A stretch of 61,662 nucleotides of DNA, the filler included, from Globobulimina sp. (Eukaryota): assembly GCA_003354225.1 (NCBI GenBank). It is 20 parts of 20 records of this genome, joined end to end, with 100 filler letters (N's around TTAATTAATTAA, not from the genome) between each part and the next. Parts side by side here need not be neighbours in the genome. Positions count along the whole stretch, not along the records: positions 43,244 to 46,230 come from PIVH01004123.1; positions 46,331 to 49,317 come from PIVH01004124.1; positions 49,418 to 52,404 come from PIVH01004125.1; positions 52,505 to 55,490 come from PIVH01004126.1; positions 55,591 to 58,576 come from PIVH01004127.1; 15 more parts are not named here. One strand, 5' to 3'. Numbering within the stretch: the stretch's first letter is position 1; the number at the start of each line of letters is the position of its first letter. The position numbers and the translations under genes were made by a program. The notes below the pieces were generated by a model. That model was not told the origin of the DNA. It made no database searches and worked only from the letters and a program-made list of their open reading frames with translations. This document shows positions 44,437-56,458 of this stretch, in pieces.

Positions 44437-45372
44437 TTACAATATTACCAAAACTCTACTTTCTAACGATTTCCTTTTTGCCTGATTTCCATAAAAATAG
44501 CAATAATTTGGTGTGAATGAGCCATGTGCAACCGATCTGAACTCATTTGAGTTAAAATGCGTCAAAACGAGCATTTCGCCAGTTGTCATATTTGGATAAT
44601 AATACCATTTGTCTGAATCACTTTTAATTGGAATGTGAAGTGGAGTGTCCAATGTAACAACTGTTCCATTTCTTAATTTGGCAAAATGATCTCTCTGTAA
44701 CGTAAACATATTTTCTTTGGAAGTGCTTTTTGGATCTAACAATGCTAAAGAATCGCTGCAGACTCTCTTTTTCATTTGAAATGGTTTCCAAAATCCTAAC
44801 ACCAACCAATGTTCAGTTGATAAATTATATCGATTAAAAATCGGGTCATTCAAGAAAGCGCTTTCCCCAGTAATATCGACATGAACTGATCTGATGTGTT
44901 GATCTCCATCTTCTGTACCACGATATCTACTGCGTAGCATCTCCATTTGTTGTGCTTTCGGATACAAATCTTTAACAATACCAAATATATGAGATTTATA
45001 CTGCTCATGCGTCATACTATCCACCATTTGTTGATCATTAATTCATTCAAATCCATTTTCTTTGAATGTTAAATCAAAATTGTTTCTTGCATCATTCATT
45101 GTTGTTTTCTGATAATTGAGAAACCATAAAGCAGTAATAAATGTGATTGTAGTCGACACATAATCAGATATTGTTGCATCGATATTATAGAGATAGTAAT
45201 CCCATGGATACCCTTTAAATACAATGTTTCGAGCAATGTCAGAGTTTTTTGCAATTGGATGAGCAATTCCTGGCAGCCATACTTTATCTGATTCTGAATC
45301 TTTGTACCATAAATGAACACTTATTGCGATCAATAAAATGAAGATTGTTGTTTTAACGAGGAATACTTTCAT
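44437..45372 (-). CDS. AsaB/CmcJ/GA4-desaturase-like Fe(II)/2OG oxygenase with N-terminal signal anchor and one in-frame TGA (45045-45043)
   Basis: DARNNFDLTFKENGFE*IN, SVHVDIT, FWKPF..DSLALLD, WYYYPNMTTGEMLVL, VAHGSF and RKSLESRVLV. The two ORFs are in the same frame. Confidence 0.75.
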
Positions 45373-45719
45373 TGCTGCAGTTGATTGATTGATTGAATGT
45401 TGATTATTAGTTCTTGCTCTGAAGAATTGGTCTGTGTTTTTCTGAGAATGCGGAGTCTATTCTTAATATTAATTACCCAATTATGATGATTTGAATGAAA
45501 ATAAACTCAGCTGCAAAGACAGATGACTTTACGAAATAGTCTTTTTCATTTTACAAAAAACCTGACATAGGAATAAAATCCATACCGGACATTGTTAACC
45601 AGAAAATATTTAAAAACCAAAAATATCAGTCCCAATTCCAAAAAACGAAAATATCCTATTATTATTATTGTTTCTTTGTTGTTTACTGTCAACAATATAA
45701 CATCAATCCGAAATAAATT

Positions 45720-46230
45720 TTAAATTAAATTACAATTCATTTCTCCCGTTTGCTCGTACAAAACAAAAAAGTTATTCACACTCATTAATATAATAAATAT
45801 TTTAGCCATTTTATGAGGCCATAATTGTTGGTTTGTAATGCCATCATTACATTTGATAAATGAGAATTCAATCTGTGAATACCATGGAAAGTTAAATGAA
45901 TAGAAATAATGCAATGAAAATAATTTGAAAGTGATTTGACAAACTTCGAATAATAAATCATTGAGTAAATAATAAAGCATATTGTCATCAAAAAGATTTG
46001 CAATGGACGAGGTTAATAATAAAATACACAGTAAAATTGATATTATTATAATGCATGCAATCCAGTATTTATTCCTTTGAATTAGTTTCTTTTTATTATG
46101 CGTTTTGATGGTTTTAATGATGTACACATTGGGAAATATAAGAGACATTTATCCAACCAAAGGGGAACCTCTTTTTCTCATGAAATTGTGTCTCTTCTTT
46201 TTCATTTTGTTCATTTTTCTGTTCCTCATC
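45720..46230 (-). pseudogene. Frameshifted fragment of a membrane protein
   Basis: Acidic frame at the contig edge, then hydrophobic segments (WIACIIIISILLCILLL) in another frame, ending without a clear C-terminus. Confidence 0.3.
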
Positions 46231-46428
46231 NNNNNNNNNNNNNNNNNNNNNNNNNNNNNNNNNNNNNNNNNNNNTTAATTAATTAANNNNNNNNNNNNNN
46301 NNNNNNNNNNNNNNNNNNNNNNNNNNNNNNCCAAACAAACTCGTCGAGTTCTTGAGAATTCGTATTGTAATCACCGGCAACAGGCGCGCCCCACGAATTT
46401 GAATGCACACGTGCACCGTCATTGTAAG

Positions 46429-47840
46429 GAGGCAAAGCGGTGTATGGTCCGGTCCGTCCTCCATCGGCGTTGCTGGCATAGCCGCCGGCTTTTTAGTGGG
46501 CGCTTCGAAAGTGGATTATATCATGATTTTGCCAGACGAAAACGCAGTGACTCAGTTTACTGGGAAGGGGCAGTTGCGGCTTGGCGGCGAGCTGCAGTTA
46601 GCTGTGGGACCAGTTACGTACAGCAAAATGAGTACATTTATAGTCTGAACATGTTCAGAAACGTGTTTTCGACACAAACGTGTGCGTATATATGCATTGT
46701 TTGCTTTTTTTGTGGTGAAAGTTGGGTCGCGATGCAAGCGGCAGTGTTGGTACAGGCGATAAAGGATTCAGTGTAATATTCTCGTACAGCCATGCTGCGG
46801 TATGTACTGTCGTAGTCTGTGGTGCTTAGCTTAGGCAAAACGCGTTTTATTTTCTGACATGTAAGGGATTGTACGGTGGGTTGGGATTGGATGGGAAGAT
46901 AATTAGTGTCCGACCGAAGTGCAATGAGGAATTCTACGGTGAGAAAGTCTCAGTTCATGACATATTATTAGGCAAATTGGATCCGGCTAATATACAGAAT
47001 GCTGATTATGAATTAATTACACATTTATTGGATGCGTATTGCATTGATTATGATGACGAGAAACAGGATGATATCATCGATTGTAATATGAAACAAACGG
47101 CGGTGTTTGGACGGGATCTGAATGAGTTGGAATGCACGAAATTGAAGGAATATAAATGTGGAATAGCGAATATATTGATAACTCTCAAAGATGCGTTGTA
47201 CAAATATGAGTATCATTTGGTTGAAGGTATATTCCGCATTGATGCGGAAAGGGCAAAATTGAAAACAGTGCGGGATGTGATCGACGATGGGAGGTTATAT
47301 GAGGTTGCATTTGAAGGGATTGATGGTCTGATTGTGGCCGGATTGATTAAAATGTGGTACAGGGAAATGCCAAAGAAGATATTGCAGAAATTGGCCTATG
47401 ATAAGATTGAAAATGTGGAGACAGTGACTGATGCGCAGAATATTATGGATACGATGGGAGAGCCTGAACTGAGGTATAATTTCATTATATGTCAGGCATA
47501 AATTGCATTATATATTTGAGGCCTATACTACCTTAATTGTATAAGTTACTTTTATTGGTTGTTGGATTTATGTATTGAGATTGGTAAATATTCGGACTTG
47601 AATTCAATGAGTGCCAATAGTATGGCTGTTGTGGTATCGCCAAACTTGTACAATATGAGTAACATGAAAAGTGCAGCAATGAGTGCTTGTGTCGTACAGT
47701 TTGTTAGCTTATGCATTGAGGTAAGAATGGAGATGAAATATTTAAATGAGGCGAATAAAATTATAGATGACTTGTATGGAGATGGAAATAAAAGTGATGG
47801 TGAGATTTATACGCCACGTAAACCTGATACACCTTTATAG
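46429..47840 (+). CDS. SYLF (Ysc84/SH3YL1-type) plus RhoGAP fusion protein, 5'-truncated; introns 46613-46721, 46800-46865, 47474-47545
   Basis: SYLF: WSGPSSIG..GFLVGA..AVGP|LGRDA..FSYSHAA|GLYGGLGLDG..NEEFYG. RhoGAP: VFGRDL..EGIFRI..VAGLIKMWYREMP..NSMSANSMAVVVSPNL. Confidence 0.85.
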
Positions 47841-47953
47841 ATTTATAATTAATTATTTTTGTTGTTTTTTATGAAGGTTAGGTTATATTTGTTGTCTTTA
47901 ATTGTAGTTTGTTCGGGAATTAAATTTATATTATTTATATTACAAAATTTATA

Positions 47954-49317
47954 TTATGCAGATGAATATAATTCTGCTGGTCTTTTAAGGCCAGTTATTG
48001 CTGGTACCGATCTTTGACGGCCAGGTATTAATGTGCTCAATTTTGGTATCATCCATTTGAATGTTCCATCATCCTGAAATTCCTCAAATGTTTTACTGCA
48101 ACTACTAGCTCTTCGCACTGCTGCTGCTATTCGCAGAGTTGAGTGCCTTCTCCTTTCTGCTGTGACAACTGAGAAACTTCCTGTTTGCTCAATTGAGGTG
48201 AATAAAACATCTAATGTTTCTTGCACCACTGTTGTAACTGTGTATTGAGTCTGCGATTTAATTGATGCTCCAAATATTTCTTTAAAACGCATCCATTTCA
48301 TTTGAGCATCGTCATCAAATCCCAACGCATTCCATAATCTTAATACTGTTGGTGCCTGAACAAATATTGCATGCTCAGCTACCAATTCCATAAATCCACC
48401 CAAATGTAACGTATTGTTTTCATTTTTACCAAATTTTAACCAAATGTCGTGCAATTCTCTCATCCGTGGATCTTTTAATTCTGTTTCAATTTTTTTATTC
48501 TGTCGGACTTGCGATAACATATACATCAAAGCTTTAAATGACACAAATTGAACATAATTAAGAAGAACATTGATTACCGGCACCGTCAGCACAAATAATA
48601 TATAAAAGGGATATTTCTTTGGATGTTGAAACAACTCATTTTGAACAAATGGTGTGCTGACCATATCGATATAGGCCCATAAGGATAAACCTGCGACAGT
48701 CAGTCTTGTTGCGGCATACATTACCGCTGAAATATAATGCCATATTACATATTTGTTTGGATTGAACCTGTACAGTATGAGTTGAACGAAAACATTTGGT
48801 TCCCAAAGAACATAGAGAAATAAGGCTAGCTCCATTCTTAGTGAATCAAGATCAAGTCGTTCAGTGCTGCTAAGTAACCACAAAGCCGCCATCAATAATG
48901 TCGCTATGTGATGCAGTTGCATGGACCATCTCAGTCTGTCGCCTAACAATGTCATTTCCATGACGTACATAAACACAACCAAAGAAAAACCAATAACTGG
49001 TGCACCAATATGCGTTTTCAATTGCGATGGAGTTAAGCCTTCAAACGAGTGTAGATCCCAAGCCAATGCAATTGATCCTTTGTAACACATTAATATATTG
49101 ACGGTTATAGTGACTATAGTATGCAGTATGTAAATTTTGCATTTCTCTTTCCGTGCTGCGTCCAAATGATCGAATAAACCCGTTTTTTTTATGATAAATC
49201 GAGACGCAAAATATTCAAATAAGAAATACATTGAAAGTCCAAGTGTTAGACACCAAAACAGCACGCGAAGAGAAACTGTCTCATATGCAGCCACAAAGAT
49301 TGTTCCATCGTGATTCT
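47954..49317 (-). CDS. TLC (TRAM/LAG1/CLN8)-like multi-pass membrane protein with degenerate EF-hand-like pair, 5'-truncated
   Basis: MYVMEM..WSMQLHHIATLL..EPNVFV..ATRL in the TM region. The C-terminal LHDIWLKFGKNENNTLHLGGF and LWNALGFDDDAQMKWMRF resemble EF-hand loops. Confidence 0.6.
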
Positions 49318-49656
49318 NNNNNNNNNNNNNNNNNNNNNNNNNNNNNNNNNNNNNNNNNNNNTTAATTAATTAANNNNNNNNNNNNNNNNNNNNNNNNNNN
49401 NNNNNNNNNNNNNNNNNACTTAAATTATTCATATCATGCAAATTCACAATTAGTGTCGCCAATAACTGCACGTTAACAAACAATTCTAGTCAAACGAAAG
49501 GAAAAACTACGTTCAAACCAAACGTTGGCATAGATTTCCGTCCATTCGTATTCCTAGTTTCGCATAGGCGATGATTGCGATCTGTCGATGTTTGTTAACG
49601 AACAGTTAGTGTCAGCGAATTAATTGTGGAGTTTGCCATATGTAAAACAATTATTT

Positions 49657-50868
49657 TCAGAGAAAAGGCGGACGTGCGTCAATTTGATAAGGATGATATT
49701 TCTTTTGATGAGAGTTATAACCACTTTTTGAAGCATATTGTTTGTGACATACATCACATTTGTACGGACCTTCACCCGCAATACGTATTACACACACAAT
49801 TAACATGTACATATATATAAAAAAAAGACAGTGAACCTAACTATGTATTCTCCGATGAACAATCAGATTACATCTCGCAGCAAATCCCTTTGAACAAAAC
49901 TCGCATTTATGCGGTTTCTCGCCGGTATGTATACGAACATGATCCGCCAAACTATGCTGTTGCTTAAACGATTTGGGACAATGTTTACATTTAAATGGCC
50001 TCTCGTTTGTATGCACTCTCGTATGCTGTCTTAAATTTGAATGTCTGGCAAATTTTTTACCGCAAAAACCGCATACAAACGCCGATGGTGAATGGATTTT
50101 TAAATGTATTGTTAAATTGGATTTATGCTGGAATGTACGTGCACAATGTGGACATTTGTGATTATTTATTAATTTGTTATCATTCCTATTAAAATTATTG
50201 TCATTATACATACCATCCATAACACCGCAATCCGACATATTGTCTAAGCCGCCAAAAAAGGACTGATTTGGATCAAAGGGCATAGGCATATTGACACTGT
50301 GATTTGTGTTGTCATCATTATTATGATAACCAGCAAAATTATCAATATGATTATTATTTAATGGTATCATAAATTCGCTGTTTTTATCGCTTTCCAATGG
50401 TTCAAAACGTTCGTTTTTATGCATATAATCCGCGAAATTATTTGTATTCGTTTTCGGTTCAATAATTGGCGAAGGTGGATACAATGATGGTGGTAATGGC
50501 TGAAATGGTTGATATTGTGGACGGCATTGAGTTAAACCATGGCCGCGGGCTGGACGGGCTACATTATGTGATATTGATTGTGGTATAGGTTGGAGGCTAT
50601 ATGTGCTTGGTGGTGGTGCTGCTGTTGGTGGTAAGGTTGGAATGTGTGATATCATATTGTTATTATTACAATTTGGGTGTTGGGTATAATGTGGAGAGAA
50701 ATTGTGATTGTTATGATTTGTTTGTATTGGTTGATATGGTGGCAATTGCTGTGGTGGTAAATAGCCAATATATGGTACCGGTGGATATGGTCGTTGCTGT
50801 GATGCCATTTTAATTATGATTTTATCGACCAACTGGTTTATATTAATGTTGGTGGTAATGGTTTCCAT
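49657..50868 (-). CDS. C2H2 zinc-finger transcription factor (five fingers; P/Q/N-rich N-terminus); last intron starts at 49841
   Basis: Four fingers with HTNERPF and HTGEKPH linkers in the main exon. A fifth finger PYKCDVCHKQYASKSGYNSHQKKYH lies in the terminal exon ending at TGA 49659-49657. Start is 50868 or 50808. Confidence 0.9.
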
Positions 50869-51386
50869 AGTTATTGACGATGTGTATGTGTTTATTTTGG
50901 TAGGATCCGGAGTTGAAATAAGAAACCTTTTGAAGTAAAGAACCACTTGAAAGATGTTTCTCAGATAAAAAACCTTTGAGTAAACAACCACTTGGAACGG
51001 AAAAAAAAACTAAGTTTTGTTTGTATTAATATTTCGGATACTATTTATTATCTGATTGTGATTTTGATACAAATTATTATTGTTATAAAATTTGGGTTAT
51101 AAATCAGAGCGTTACAAACATTTATCGATGATAAATCAGAGACTGCCTGCGATCTTTTTGATGAGTAACTATAAATATATTGATCATTTGCTATAAATTT
51201 GCATATTAATTTTTAATCTTAGACTTTTGATGGATTTTTTGTTTATCATAATTGATATTATTCGCGATCATCTACTTTGTTTGTACTGTTTCTGATTAAT
51301 TATAACCCAAATTTCGTCGATCAATAATAATTGGCCTCCAAAGAAATAATGAAGAACATACGTAAAATTATTTTAACACTGTCTGG

Positions 51387-51434
51387 ACTGATAGCTGAAC
51401 CCAAAACTGATAGCTGAACCCAAAACTGATAGCT
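51387..51434. repeat. 19-bp tandem repeat (actgatagctgaacccaaa), about 2.5 copies
   Basis: Directly visible. Confidence 0.85.
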
Positions 51435-51579
51435 AGCTTAATGTTTATAGTATACATTTTGCAGCAAATTGTTTTTCCAGTCCTTGCACTCAAGTTTGCA
51501 ACACGACATTGTACATATACACTAACTTATTATTTAATATACTATATTATAGTATAATATACACGCTAAACAATTCAAA

Positions 51580-52302
51580 TCAAAGTAAAATATCATCATG
51601 TACCTTATGCTGAGAGAACCTATCTGTCATATCTGTCTGCGGAATGGATTTATAGTCAACAGATAGATCCACATATCCTTCGTCTTCTGATAAAACCTCA
51701 CCAATAATCCATAAATTAACAGATACCATCAATATATAATCAGCATATCGCGCCAATAAATCATCATTGTCCACCTTATATGATGTATATCCAATTAATC
51801 CCCACAACAAAGTACTGACAAAAGAAACCACCCAAATCACAGCGACGGCACCAATACATAATGGATGAGAACAATTGGATTTCAAGATTTTTGTCGACGG
51901 CGTCGGCGCATTAAATCCGTAAATAAATGCAATTATCCATGTAAAAACATCAAAGCATAAAATGGATATCCAATATGCTTTCCATTCAAAATCAATGTCC
52001 GTAAAATACCATTTCACCATAATACCAACAGGAACAAACATCAATGCACTCACAAACATTAAGTACATAATGCGTTTTGACCGCATAAAAATTAAATTTG
52101 AAAATGTATAATTACTGCGATATAATATCAACAATATCACGTATCCGATGCAGAATGGGATAAATAAGCAATACATAAACACGACATACACCACGCATTC
52201 GTCCATGGCAGCATTGGAGAGTGAGAAATAAGCAGTGCACCATGTGTCTGAATCCAATGCACCGGCGATAATGCATGTAAATATTTGTGTTCTCCCATTA
52301 TG
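51580..52302 (-). CDS. Multi-pass membrane protein, last exon (5' part off-contig)
   Basis: Acceptor gtcgtag| followed by HNGRTQIFTCIIAGALDSDTW, about five TM helices and a YVDL/YKSI tail. Confidence 0.6.
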   Translation of the reverse strand, partial: HNGRTQIFTCIIAGALDSDTWCTAYFSLSNAAMDECVVYVVFMYCLFIPFCIGYVILLILYRSNYTFSNLIFMRSKRIMYLMFVSALMFVPVGIMVKWYFTDIDFEWKAYWISILCFDVFTWIIAFIYGFNAPTPSTKILKSNCSHPLCIGAVAVIWVVSFVSTLLWGLIGYTSYKVDNDDLLARYADYILMVSVNLWIIGEVLSEDEGYVDLSVDYKSIPQTDMTDRFSQHKVHDDILL

Positions 52303-52305
52303 CTA

Positions 52306-52392
52306 CGACCCCACCAACTCGACTGACCCGACCCGAACTAACTCCGATCTAACCCGACCGGAACCGACCTGACCCGACCCGATCTGACCCGC
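52306..52392. repeat. Imperfect pentamer repeat (CCCGA/CTGAC)n, G-rich on the minus strand
   Basis: gactgacccgacccgaactaactccgatctaacccgaccggaaccgacctgacccgacccgatctgacccg. Confidence 0.85.
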
Positions 52393-52504
52393 CACTTAAA
52401 AACANNNNNNNNNNNNNNNNNNNNNNNNNNNNNNNNNNNNNNNNNNNNTTAATTAATTAANNNNNNNNNNNNNNNNNNNNNNNNNNNNNNNNNNNNNNNN
52501 NNNN

Positions 52505-53196
52505 GCTGTTCTCTGTGGTGATGGTGGTGGTGGCGATGCTGGCGGTGATTGCAAAAATGTTGGATCATTTTTTGTGGTTTTTTTTTTTTTAGTTTTGGTG
52601 AAAGTCATAGTTAAATGACCAGAGTGGTTTTTAATATTATTATTCTCAGAGTGTGCGCGTGGAAAAGGAATAAGATGGTCCGGAGGAACAATGGATGCGG
52701 AGGAATCATCATCGTCATCTTCGTTATTATTATTATCCTTATTTTCATTATTGACATCGATATCGATTTTTTTAATTGAACCAATGGGTCTAACTAATAT
52801 TTTTAATGGTATTTTTAATGAGATATAATAAATCATACTCAATAAACTATGAATAATAAATAATAAATGATATATTAAATTCTGTGATGTCATATTATTT
52901 GTTGACAAACCTGCGAATGCATATTTTAATGGTAATTTACGATTCCAGTTTCGGGCTTTATTTGGATACGATATTATTACGTGGTCTGTTTCTTTCTCGC
53001 TGATCTCAACAACTTCGAAACCTTTACCAGTTGGATTGGTCCGGTTGTAATCTACACCACACTTGGGATGAAGCAGTGTGTCACCAATATTTAAACCCGC
53101 CAACCATTCATGTGCTTTATCATTTCCGTCTGTGTTTTTACCTGTATTCGGCCAACAGTCTTGATGAGTTGCCATTAGCTCGGTGATGGAAAACAT
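52505..53196 (-). CDS. Hypothetical protein, 3'-truncated; probable stopless intron 52910-52794
   Basis: Small beta-rich N-domain (GFEVVEISEKETDHVIISYP..WNRKLP), a GTTTGT..TTAG AT-rich 117-nt segment, then an acidic/Pro-rich region. Confidence 0.5.
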
Positions 53197-53283
53197 GAAA
53201 AAAGTTACTTTGTGTAAAGAAAGGTTTTTGTTATTTCAGTTCTTGTTGAAAACATCTTTTTATCATAGTCGCCGCAGTTTGGC

Positions 53284-55225
53284 ATGGATTTGTTACATAA
53301 TTTTCTAACACAAAAATGTAAGTTTGATGGGCAAGACTTTTCATTCAAAACGTTTAAAATGGAATGGAAAAAGCATCGAATGAATTACATTTTTTTAATA
53401 AAAGCCAAAGGAGAGCCATTGAGTCATTTTATGGATGAATGTAACGAATACTTAACCAATTGTATTTATTATAATGTGGTGAATGATAAATTATCAGATC
53501 TTGATTTCCAACTATCAACGTATTGTATGTATATTTTATATGTATTAATCACCAATCAACCATGTTTTGAGGATAATTCAGCCGCATCTTATGTATATTT
53601 GCCTGAATACACTTGGAATGCATTAAACACTTTGATACATTTTGCCGAAACTAAACAAGTGAGAGATTTAATCAATATTTTAAAACATATGATGAAAAAC
53701 GATTATTTTATTTATTGCATTGAGCGACCCATTGCATATTCAACATCAAAAACTGATCCATACTCAAAAAACGGCAAATCATATTGCCATGGCACAAGAT
53801 CCCGAATATTATTAACTCCAACGGATCTGGTCTCTGTGATGGATGTTCTTATGTTGACATCGCATAGAAATAGATACCAACAAGCACTGGAAAACTGTGG
53901 CTCAGAGTTTACTGATAATAGCAACAACACAAATCCATTCATATCACGCTTACGACACATTCGTAGTGATTATCAACAGAACCTAGCTAAATTACAGAAA
54001 TACAGAAGCCATTCACATGTATGTTTTATAACGTTTTATTATCCTTACACCAATTTGTGATTTATGAATGTAACAGAAACAATTGGATGAAATGAAATTT
54101 CCATTGGACTTTGACATACCATCTGCTACGACACCAAAAACATTGGAGCAATATTATAAATGTTGTGGTGAATATGAAGCTGTAATTGATGTTTTTACAT
54201 TAGATAAAGCAAAAAAAATAGCAAATGATATTGGTGACGGTGATAATGGGAATGAGGATGTTAGCGGTACCATTGTTAAGCAACAGAATGAGAGCGAGCC
54301 AGCTGTAGTACCTATGGTAGTACCACCATTTCCATCGGCATCGTTTGGTATGAATGGAGAGATCCAATTTACAGCAAGACCATTGCCACCAAATATTGAT
54401 CTTAATACAACCATTGCACAGCCTCCATTAACTTTGTTTACTTCAAATGACAAATCCAATGATAAATCAATTGCCATTGAAAAAGATAAGCAATTTGCAG
54501 AAATATTTGGACATAACAATAGCGATGATGATGAAGCTGAAGTATGGGATGATTCATCCACTGAACATGACGAAGGTGGAGAGGAAGAGGAAGAGGAAGA
54601 GGAGGAATATAATAATGATAAAAATAAAAATAAAAAGCAGAAGAAAAAGAAAAAGAAAAAGAAAAAAAAGAAAGAGAAGAGAAAAGGATTGCAATTGGAA
54701 GAAGAGAAGGAAGAAAAGAATGAAATGTTTGAGATATCGGCTCAAAATAATCGAGAGACATTGGATATATTGCGATCATTGGATCAGATGGAAGAACATG
54801 TCACAAACAAGAAATTAGAAACATCGACTATTCAAAAATTGGATATTAATTGGAAAAATCACCGAAAACAAAACAAAAACAAACAAGACGAAAAAAGAAG
54901 AAAGAAAAAGAACAAGAAAAATACAAGAAAGGCACCAAAGAAAAAAATAAAGCGCAAGAAATCAGGAGATATTGATCATGACTCAGAGAATATGAATAAT
55001 AATGATCATGATCATGATGTGGATGTTAATATTGTTGAGATGTTGAATACAAACAATAGGAATAATAATGATGATGATGGCAATAATATTTTCGAGATGT
55101 TGGATACAAATAATAATGATAATGAGATTGATATTGATATGAATGCGCAGAATAAAGAAAGTAATGATAATGGCACCCAAGCATTGTTGGATCAGCTGGA
55201 AGCATTTTCGAGTCTGTTTGAATGA
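53284..55225 (+). CDS. SNAPC1: snRNA-activating protein complex subunit 1 (SNAP43)-like; intron 54019-54076
   Basis: FKTFKMEWKKHRMNYIF..YCMYILYVLITNQP..VYL..WNAL..DLINILKHMMKNDYFIYC parallels the SNAP43 N-domain. Long K/E/N-rich tail. Confidence 0.7.
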
Positions 55226-55590
55226 TTTGAATTGTGTTTACAAAGCGGCTGATGTTATTTTATCACATTTTTCAATTTTGTAAATGTATTTAGTGGCGAG
55301 GGTTTTTTTCAAAACCTGTCCCATTAGATAACCTTTTGGGTTATTCTACTTGACTTTTTGCTTCCTGTGAAATGGCAACGTCCATAAACCAAATACACTA
55401 ATCGTGATTTTTTGTTGTATACCGAGTATGAAGAAGGAGCTGCAAAATATGGATTCCTACTAGAAGCAATCAACATACCTGCAAACAATGNNNNNNNNNN
55501 NNNNNNNNNNNNNNNNNNNNNNNNNNNNNNNNNNTTAATTAATTAANNNNNNNNNNNNNNNNNNNNNNNNNNNNNNNNNNNNNNNNNNNN

Positions 55591-56398
55591 GTTTTTTTTT
55601 GCGTTTTTTTTTGCTTTTTTTGCGTTTCTTTTTTTTTTGCTTATCTCCGTCGATTTTATTTTCAATTTTTACTTTGTTTTTGCTATTGTTGCTTAGTTGT
55701 TTGTGTTCTTCTTGATGCGCAGTGTTATTATTATCGGAACTAATAATTTTTCTGTTTGTTTGTTGGTAGTTATTATTATTATTCATATGGTTTAATGAAT
55801 TTATTGGTGCGTACATATCGTGTTGTCGTTGAGGTTGCGGTGGCATTCCTGTTATTAATTTTGGATGGTTTTTGAGATTCTCATTTAGATAATGTTGTGT
55901 CGACGTTGTGTTTGTTGAAATATCACTTTGTGTGTTCTCATATAAGGCGGCAATGTCCTCCTTCTTGTTTATATGTGGGAACACAGACTGTAAGTATTCG
56001 AACTCACTCTGTGATGGTGAATTTGGGGAAAAATGCTCTATGATTGGACTTTGGAATTGTTTTGGACTATGTAGCGCTGTGATGATATTTTCACCGCCAA
56101 TAAACTGGAAAACAACAAACAAAAATTGAGTGAGAATTGTTTTGAAATTCACAGACATACATTTGGTTGTAATACAGTATTTGATGCTAATCCACTGACA
56201 ACGGAACCAATTACTGAGCCTAAAACACTGCCCTCTTCATCACTATTGATGCTACTTCTTGTTCTTTTGCGTGAGCCATACATGGTTGAATCATCATCCA
56301 TAAACTATATATTTATTACATTAAAGTGAATAATCAAGTGCACGAGACATAATTATAACTGCTGGACTCCAGTTCCCTGCACCTTCATAGTTTCCCAT
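55591..56398 (-). CDS. Possibly N-myristoylated protein with CUE-like motif, exons 56398-56360, 56304-56161, 56104-55591; 3'-truncated
   Basis: MGNYEG start. Two GT-AG introns (55 and 56 nt) give a continuous frame. FEYLQSVFPHINKKEDI resembles the CUE 'FP' motif. Confidence 0.55.
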
Positions 56399-56458
56399 GG
56401 TTTTGGCATTGAATAAAGTTATAAAAACGTACTTACTTTTATTATAAATTTTATAACA

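Noticed and set aside
45043-45045. Alternative genetic code (TGA as Trp or Sec)
   Set aside because: TGA, TAA and TAG all end other genes normally, Trp is TGG in conserved positions, and this site corresponds to Leu in the family.
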